From NCBI GenBank assembly GCA_038745945.1, contig JBCDLA010000004.1, positions 1 through 54,528 on the forward strand: DNA of 54,528 nucleotides, written 5' to 3'. A model generated the notes under the pieces. It was not told the origin of the DNA, did no database searches, and saw only the letters and a list, made by a program, of their open reading frames with translations. Below are positions 48,798 through 54,528 of the stretch, in pieces; position 1 is the first letter of the stretch, and each line of letters begins with the position of its first letter. A program made the translations under genes and the position numbers. The DNA is from Cyanobacteria bacterium P01_H01_bin.74 (lineage in GTDB: Bacteria; Cyanobacteriota; Vampirovibrionia; Vampirovibrionales; Vampirovibrionaceae).

Positions 48798-50624
48798 ATG
48801 ACCGATGCACACAATTTTGCCCATCAAAACCATCAAGACGAAAATATATCGGACTCAACCCCACTTTCTCAAGAATTAATAGCCGAGTCTATTGGAGCAT
48901 CATTGGTTGATGGATTTGAGCCTGTCGCTGAGATGGAAACAGGCCCAAATACCGATGAACCAGACACTCTGAATTCGCTAGCAACGATCCCCGTTCCTAT
49001 CTTAATGGAAGAAAACGTGAAGCTCTCGGAGTGCATGCTCTGGAAGATGCTGTCTGATTACTACGATCAGCGGGGGATTGATGCCTGGCAGGAAGACACA
49101 CCCAATTTTATAACCAGCAGCGCCTTTACAGCCGAAACATATGCGGACCTAATTATTGCCTTTCTCAAAGAAAACATTGCATTATTTCATCCGGAAGAAC
49201 CGGTTTATATTTTGGAAATGGCCACAGGAACAGGACGCTTTAGTTACCTGCTGCAAAAAGAACTGAGAAAAAAGCAAGCTTATTTTTCAGCCTTAAAAGA
49301 TTTGAACTGGGTTTACCTCATGACAGACTTTACCCAGAGTCAAATTGATTTCTGGCGGTCTCATCAGAAACTGGCCCCCTTTATTGCAACCGGCCAACTT
49401 GACTTTGCAATCTATAACCCGCTTGTTGCTGATCAACCTTTGCAGTTGCAGCATTCTGGCAAAACATTGACCCCAAACAACCTGGTTAACCCAGTCATTG
49501 CCATCGCCAACTACTTTTTTGATAGCCTGATGCAGGATGTTTTTGAAGTCAAGCATAAAACTTTGCTCGAAGGCCGGGTAACCCTAACCAGAGACCTGTC
49601 TAAAACATGCAGAATGCCAAACACACCCATTAAGATTCAGGAAGTTGATGTTGCCTTTAATTACTTGCCAATCATCAATACAAAAAATTATTATGGCTGC
49701 CCGCAACTATCAAAAGTATTGAACAGCTATAAATACGACAACAAGAAGGGTCAATTAATCTTTCCTGTGGGTGCATTAACCGTGATTAAAAACTTAATGC
49801 AACTAACCAACAACAACCTCTGCTTATTGGCATCCGACAAAGGGTTTACAGACACCGAATGGATGTACCGGTTTTCGCAGCATACCTTTACCGAGCACGG
49901 GGGCAGTTTCTCTTATATGGTTAACTTTGATGCCATTCATCGGTATTTTAAACTGCACGGCGGCATGGGGTATCTCAGCAAATACAAAGAGGCTAGCCTG
50001 CAAACCACGGCATTTGTCTGCTTAAAAAGCCCATTACAGGAAAACCTGAACACCGAAATGCTGCATTACTGCTTTGAAGAGCGGGTCAATCGGGGCAACA
50101 CAATCAATTCAGTACTTTCATTGCTGGAATTGGACTTCAATGTCTTGGCTGATACTTTTATAGCCCTTGAGAATGATGAAAACAGAGCTTACAAAAACAA
50201 AGGACTGGTTTCTTCAATCCTGGCATTACTCAGACTCAGCCTGAATGACCCTAGGGCATATAATTACAGTGCTGAGTGCCTAACTAAAATCATCCAGGAA
50301 GCCAATATCGGCCAGGTTGAAAGTATTCAGGAGCTGCTAAAAGGTGCTTTAGACAGCTACTATTTTTATCCAGGCGTGGAAAACACGCCCTTTGATATTG
50401 CAACCTTATACTATCAATTGAGGGATTACGACAATGCCCTAGCCTGTTTGGATACTGCTATAGAAGATTTTGGCCAACATGCGTTGCTGTATTACCTAAA
50501 AGGCGATTGCTATTTACAGATGCAACAAAAAAATGGAGCAATTGCTTGTTTTGAAGCTTCTTTGGCCATTAACCCAGAAAACCAGACAGCAATAGAAGCC
50601 CTTGAATTTGCAAGAAAACTATAA
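48798..50624 (+). CDS. SAM-dependent methyltransferase-like protein (MidA-like) with C-terminal TPRs
   Basis: YILEMATGTGRF, IAIANYFFDSL, DKG; two TPR-like units at the end. Confidence 0.75.
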   Translation: MTDAHNFAHQNHQDENISDSTPLSQELIAESIGASLVDGFEPVAEMETGPNTDEPDTLNSLATIPVPILMEENVKLSECMLWKMLSDYYDQRGIDAWQEDTPNFITSSAFTAETYADLIIAFLKENIALFHPEEPVYILEMATGTGRFSYLLQKELRKKQAYFSALKDLNWVYLMTDFTQSQIDFWRSHQKLAPFIATGQLDFAIYNPLVADQPLQLQHSGKTLTPNNLVNPVIAIANYFFDSLMQDVFEVKHKTLLEGRVTLTRDLSKTCRMPNTPIKIQEVDVAFNYLPIINTKNYYGCPQLSKVLNSYKYDNKKGQLIFPVGALTVIKNLMQLTNNNLCLLASDKGFTDTEWMYRFSQHTFTEHGGSFSYMVNFDAIHRYFKLHGGMGYLSKYKEASLQTTAFVCLKSPLQENLNTEMLHYCFEERVNRGNTINSVLSLLELDFNVLADTFIALENDENRAYKNKGLVSSILALLRLSLNDPRAYNYSAECLTKIIQEANIGQVESIQELLKGALDSYYFYPGVENTPFDIATLYYQLRDYDNALACLDTAIEDFGQHALLYYLKGDCYLQMQQKNGAIACFEASLAINPENQTAIEALEFARKL

Positions 50625-50741
50625 CCATCTTGCTTGTTAATTAAATAAATTAACATTACTGCGGATTAATATAATATCAACCCGCAGCGATTTACTATAA
50701 CCCTCAAAACCATTGTGTCTGTTGAATGCTAAGGCATTTAT

Positions 50742-50792
50742 TTGATTTCTTGAATAGTATCGTTATTCAAGAAATTAATCAACCTTTTTTTT
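50742..50792 (+). terminator. Hairpin with downstream T tract after 48798-50624
   Basis: ATTTCTTGAATA (50745-50756)/TATTCAAGAAAT (50764-50775) perfect 12-bp inverted repeat; AT-rich stem, T run about 10 nt later. Confidence 0.45.
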
Positions 50793-51036
50793 AAGTCTTA
50801 ACAAATAGTTAAAAATAGTTGCTGTGTAATTTTTCTTTTCAGCTTTTTTACATCTCGGCTTTTTTGCATCGAAGGGGATTATTGAAAACAAGAAATTTTC
50901 TTAAAAATTCTTTTTTCTTTTACTTTGCCAAGGACCCTGCTTCTACACCAATGCCTAAAACCGTCTTTGTTTACAATGAAATAAAAAGAGCACAAGTTGA
51001 AAATATTAATCTAACAATAAACAAATTAAAAAACAG

Positions 51037-51095
51037 TTGCAAATTTGGGAATCTAAGGTAATATAGAAAACATATTCTATAGAATTAAATTTCGA
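51037..51095 (+). promoter_or_regulatory. Putative sigma70 promoter of lexA with two tandem LexA-operator-like palindromes
   Basis: TTGCAA-N16-TAATAT (51037-51064), then TAGAAAACATATTCTA (51064-51079) and TAGAATTAAATTTCGA (51080-51095). Confidence 0.65.
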
Positions 51096-51162
51096 CTCTC
51101 TGCACTTAATAGATTCCAACAACACAGCTTTCAATCATGCTTAAAACACAGGAAATTCAACA

Positions 51163-51873
51163 ATGCGTAAACAGTTTCATGTTGAAAAATTAACACCAAA
51201 ACAGTCAGAAGTATTGAGTGCACTGATTGAATTTTTAATTGAAAATCGTTATCCACCAACAATTCAGCAACTTTGTTCAAATTGTGGCGTTCGTTCAACG
51301 TCAACCATACATTTTCATCTTACTGCATTAAAAAAGAAAAAAATCATTAACTGGAACCCTGCAGAAAAAAGAGCCATTAGTGTTCGGCAAGATATTATGG
51401 ATGCATATCATACCAATCAAGAAGACAAACGCGAACATTCCCAGAAAAGCACTCTTAAAAAGGAAAAAGAATTTGAAAAGCCAGCATATCAACTGCCATT
51501 ATTGGGTACCATTGCTGCTGGTTCACCATTACAAACCACTGCTGCACAAACCGAACGAGAAGCTTGGGAAGTCATTGATCTCTCAGCAGATATTTGCCCG
51601 ACAGGGTGTTACGCACTTAAAGTCCGGGGGGAAAGTATGATCGAAGATCATATTATGGACGGTGATATTGTTGTAATTAACCCGAAATCCCAAATCCGTG
51701 AAGGAGATGCCGTTGTAGCTCTGATTGAAGGTGAGATGGCAACGTTAAAGCATTACTTCAAAGAAAAAAATAGAGTTCGACTAGAGCCTGCCAACGTGAC
51801 AATGGAGCCGATTTACGCCACCGATATTTGTATTCAAGGCAAAGTCGAAGCCATTATTAGAAGATATACCTGA
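51163..51873 (+). CDS. lexA: SOS repressor LexA
   Basis: LTPKQ...YPPT...STSTIHFHL HTH; IAAG cleavage site; VRGESM (Ser) and ATLKH (Lys) catalytic dyad. Confidence 0.97.
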   Translation: MRKQFHVEKLTPKQSEVLSALIEFLIENRYPPTIQQLCSNCGVRSTSTIHFHLTALKKKKIINWNPAEKRAISVRQDIMDAYHTNQEDKREHSQKSTLKKEKEFEKPAYQLPLLGTIAAGSPLQTTAAQTEREAWEVIDLSADICPTGCYALKVRGESMIEDHIMDGDIVVINPKSQIREGDAVVALIEGEMATLKHYFKEKNRVRLEPANVTMEPIYATDICIQGKVEAIIRRYT

Positions 51874-52404
51874 TTCTCTCTAAGCAGAATTCAGGGATAA
51901 CACATAGTATGTTTTAATTCACCCCTAAATTTTTAATCCCCTAAGTTTTAACGCATTAAAGAATGGTTATAAATAAGGAAGAAAGTATAACAATGAAACA
52001 CCCAGTATTTTATCGTGACTTTTTTATTACAAGTTTATTGGTTTTACCATACCTTGTTGCCTGTTAATTGATTGCCAACAAAAGCTGATGTTGGAGTACG
52101 TTAATATTCAAAAATATTCAATAAGTTCAAATTATATTAATATTTAGCCCGTCAGACCCAGCCATTCTTTTTTCATTTCAAAAAGTAAAATCAAAAAACC
52201 CACTTAACCAATTTCCCTAATCCTTGTTTCTTATACCCTTGTTCTTTATCCCTACATAATGCCTTTCTAAGTTAATGCCATATCAGTGGACTATTTAGGA
52301 AGGCTTTTTATTTTAAATAGTCCAAAAACATTAAAGCAAGGAGTACTCTTAAAACTATCCCGGCTTACTGAACCGCGATTAGAAAGGCTTTAAAAAAGCT
52401 AGAA

Positions 52405-54357
52405 TTATTGAATGTCTGCAAGGCTGGCTTTCCAATCATTTACAATTTGCTCTCGTTTTTCAATTGAACAGTGAGCCTTGCAGGGTTTACTGATTACAGT
52501 AACGGCGTCATCATCGAGGCTAACCTCTTCTCCCATACGGTTATAGAGACAGACACCAGAGTTTTTGATTTTTTCTGGAATATCCGCTGTTGGGTTATAG
52601 AAATAACCGCAACTGCCACAAGTCAACAAAAACACATTGCGTGTCATTAATTTGGCATGCAGCTCGTAAAAGGCTTGATCGAGAATCCGGTAATGCTGTG
52701 TAGAAAATGTGACCGACTTATACTCCAAAGTTAAGCTATACAATGGCTTTTCTTTTGAATCAAGCACAATTCTTGTCATTAAGCCACATTCAACCTGATT
52801 TTTATTGTTTGAAAGAAACACGGTCTGAAAAGATTCGGATGTTCTTATTGGGGTAGCCCCCAATAAAGCTTCCTCATCATAAACTGTGCTTGGCTCTGCT
52901 GATAAATGCATCTTATTTTGCAGAATATTGATGGCATTTTTATGAGCGTAAGCGTGTTTTGCCTCAGTTTGCACTGTATTGTTTAAGTTTGACTCAGAAT
53001 TAACACGTTGATTATAAGCGGGATTAAAGTGTCTACCGGCATGGCGTTGATCAACATTGTTTTCATTGAGACGGTTAATTTTAATATTATGGTAGCTCGC
53101 ACGAGAAGCTTTTGGCTTCGTAAACAGTTTTGAAAAAAAACTGGGCAGAGAAACTGGCAATGCTAAAAATGAGCCCACATAAGTCATTGGGACAAAAAAC
53201 AGCAGTGTCATCAGATCAAAAAATTTACATCGACTCACCCCAAGCGCTATGAAACTTAAGCCCAAAGTACTGAAAAGCATGAGTTGCCACAAAATCAGTG
53301 AGTCAGGCAAGTGAAGTTGACCAAAAGCAACCAAGCCAATAATCACAATAAGCATTAACTGAATTGAAAAAAGCGGCGGTGTTAACAAGCTTACAAGCCT
53401 GTCAAAGCAGTTTAGCCTAAACTTTAGAACAGCATGGCTGAATAACTTTAAGGCATACTGAAAAAATATTTTTACACGATCAAAACCCGTTGCAAGCTGT
53501 CGTGTGGTTTCATCAACCATATCAAGATGGGCATCAGCGTATACAACCACGTTGGGTGCCCAAGTAATCGTAAAATTCTCAAGGGTCAGATTGATTGTGT
53601 ACTCTAAATTATCCGTACTAAGGCCACGCCGGTATTTAATCATCTCAAAGACTTCTTGTTTAACCGCCCACCCTGTTGACATGAGCTGACAACCCAACCC
53701 CAAATGGAATCGCCCAGCATTCCCAATTCTGTTATTTAAACGGGTTGATAATGTATTAACACGCTCAAGGATGGTTCTTGGCGGATTCTTAAATGCAATG
53801 TAGCCTTGAATTGCAAAGCTGGTGGCAGCTTGTGTGGCAATGTTCTGTAAGAAATCGGATTTAACCAGGTCAGTGGGTTTTAAGAAAACAAAAATACTGT
53901 TTCCCCCAGCAGCCAGGCAACGTTCAATGAGCCAAGTGGTAACTTGCGATACAGACACTGACTTTTCTTTTTTGGGGTATTGCCAGATCCGAACATTCGA
54001 CTGAAACCCTTGCGGAACGATCACTGCTTGGCTCTCTGCACAAGTGGCCAGATTAATAGAAACACAATCCAACGGATAATTCTGATCTTGAAGGCTGCTG
54101 AGTAAAATCAGCAATGCCGGGTAATCTGCAGGCCTTAAGAAAGGCATCAAGATGGAGATGTGATAGGTCTGGGCATTTTTATAGCGCTTTTTGACCAGAT
54201 CTTGCTTTCGGCCTTGTTCGGCTGCAAAAATAACCAGCAACTGGCGCAAAATAAGGACAATGGATGCAATGATGACCCCAGTTGTTACCCAAGAAGCCGG
54301 TGGAATAACTGTTGTTGCATGGTAAGGGGTAAAAAAAAGTACGGTTAATAAAGGCAT
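52405..54357 (-). CDS. Degenerate GT2-like membrane protein with C-terminal Cys-rich domain
   Basis: TM, ISILMP...SLQDQNYP, AIQGY, LMSTGWAV, multi-TM block, then TCGSCGYF...GVCL...CKAHC. Confidence 0.7.
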   Translation of the reverse strand: MPLLTVLFFTPYHATTVIPPASWVTTGVIIASIVLILRQLLVIFAAEQGRKQDLVKKRYKNAQTYHISILMPFLRPADYPALLILLSSLQDQNYPLDCVSINLATCAESQAVIVPQGFQSNVRIWQYPKKEKSVSVSQVTTWLIERCLAAGGNSIFVFLKPTDLVKSDFLQNIATQAATSFAIQGYIAFKNPPRTILERVNTLSTRLNNRIGNAGRFHLGLGCQLMSTGWAVKQEVFEMIKYRRGLSTDNLEYTINLTLENFTITWAPNVVVYADAHLDMVDETTRQLATGFDRVKIFFQYALKLFSHAVLKFRLNCFDRLVSLLTPPLFSIQLMLIVIIGLVAFGQLHLPDSLILWQLMLFSTLGLSFIALGVSRCKFFDLMTLLFFVPMTYVGSFLALPVSLPSFFSKLFTKPKASRASYHNIKINRLNENNVDQRHAGRHFNPAYNQRVNSESNLNNTVQTEAKHAYAHKNAINILQNKMHLSAEPSTVYDEEALLGATPIRTSESFQTVFLSNNKNQVECGLMTRIVLDSKEKPLYSLTLEYKSVTFSTQHYRILDQAFYELHAKLMTRNVFLLTCGSCGYFYNPTADIPEKIKNSGVCLYNRMGEEVSLDDDAVTVISKPCKAHCSIEKREQIVNDWKASLADIQ

Positions 54358-54528
54358 ACAAGAATTGTGAATAAAACTGAAAACAGCGGATAACTTACTT
54401 CTCTGCGTATGGTGCCAAATTGAAAGCCTTTGAAGCCCCGTGAAGCAAGCCTTTGTGTTTCATATCATACACGTTTCGTATTTCAAAGGCCACTATTAGA
54501 TTGTTTTTTAGCAGAAACCAGGATGTTG

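Overview
Bacterial chromosomal window, mostly housekeeping: purH, purE-purK, rplK-rplA, rpsB-tsf-pyrH, clpB, metG-tatD, lpxC, two GT9 heptosyltransferases, prmA-rsmE-miaB-folK, dapL, maf, lexA, tRNA-Leu(TAA) and tRNA-Cys(GCA). Cyanobacteria-like core proteins together with flagellar fliS and LPS core genes suggest a non-photosynthetic cyanobacterial relative (Vampirovibrionia/Melainabacteria); this is inference only. The strongest candidate for an undescribed system is 7054-12995: two divergent, tightly coupled gene pairs (A+B, A'+B') encoding four related proteins with shared motifs, hydrophobic helices at both ends of a soluble core and P/Q/S/Y-rich tails; three of the four also have an N-terminal F-x(0,1)-G motif. 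The second is a ~770-nt densely base-paired non-coding element (2197-2969) with terminal inverted repeats between convergent genes, behind an orphan RelE-like gene. Other observations: a minimal antitoxin-RelE pair, an HPD-less J-domain, a 280-bp tandem duplication, tandem GAA-N6-TTC boxes before lexA and a degenerate GT2 fused to a Cys-rich domain. No integrase, transposase, CRISPR array or rRNA was seen. All calls are by eye from motifs; no searches were run.
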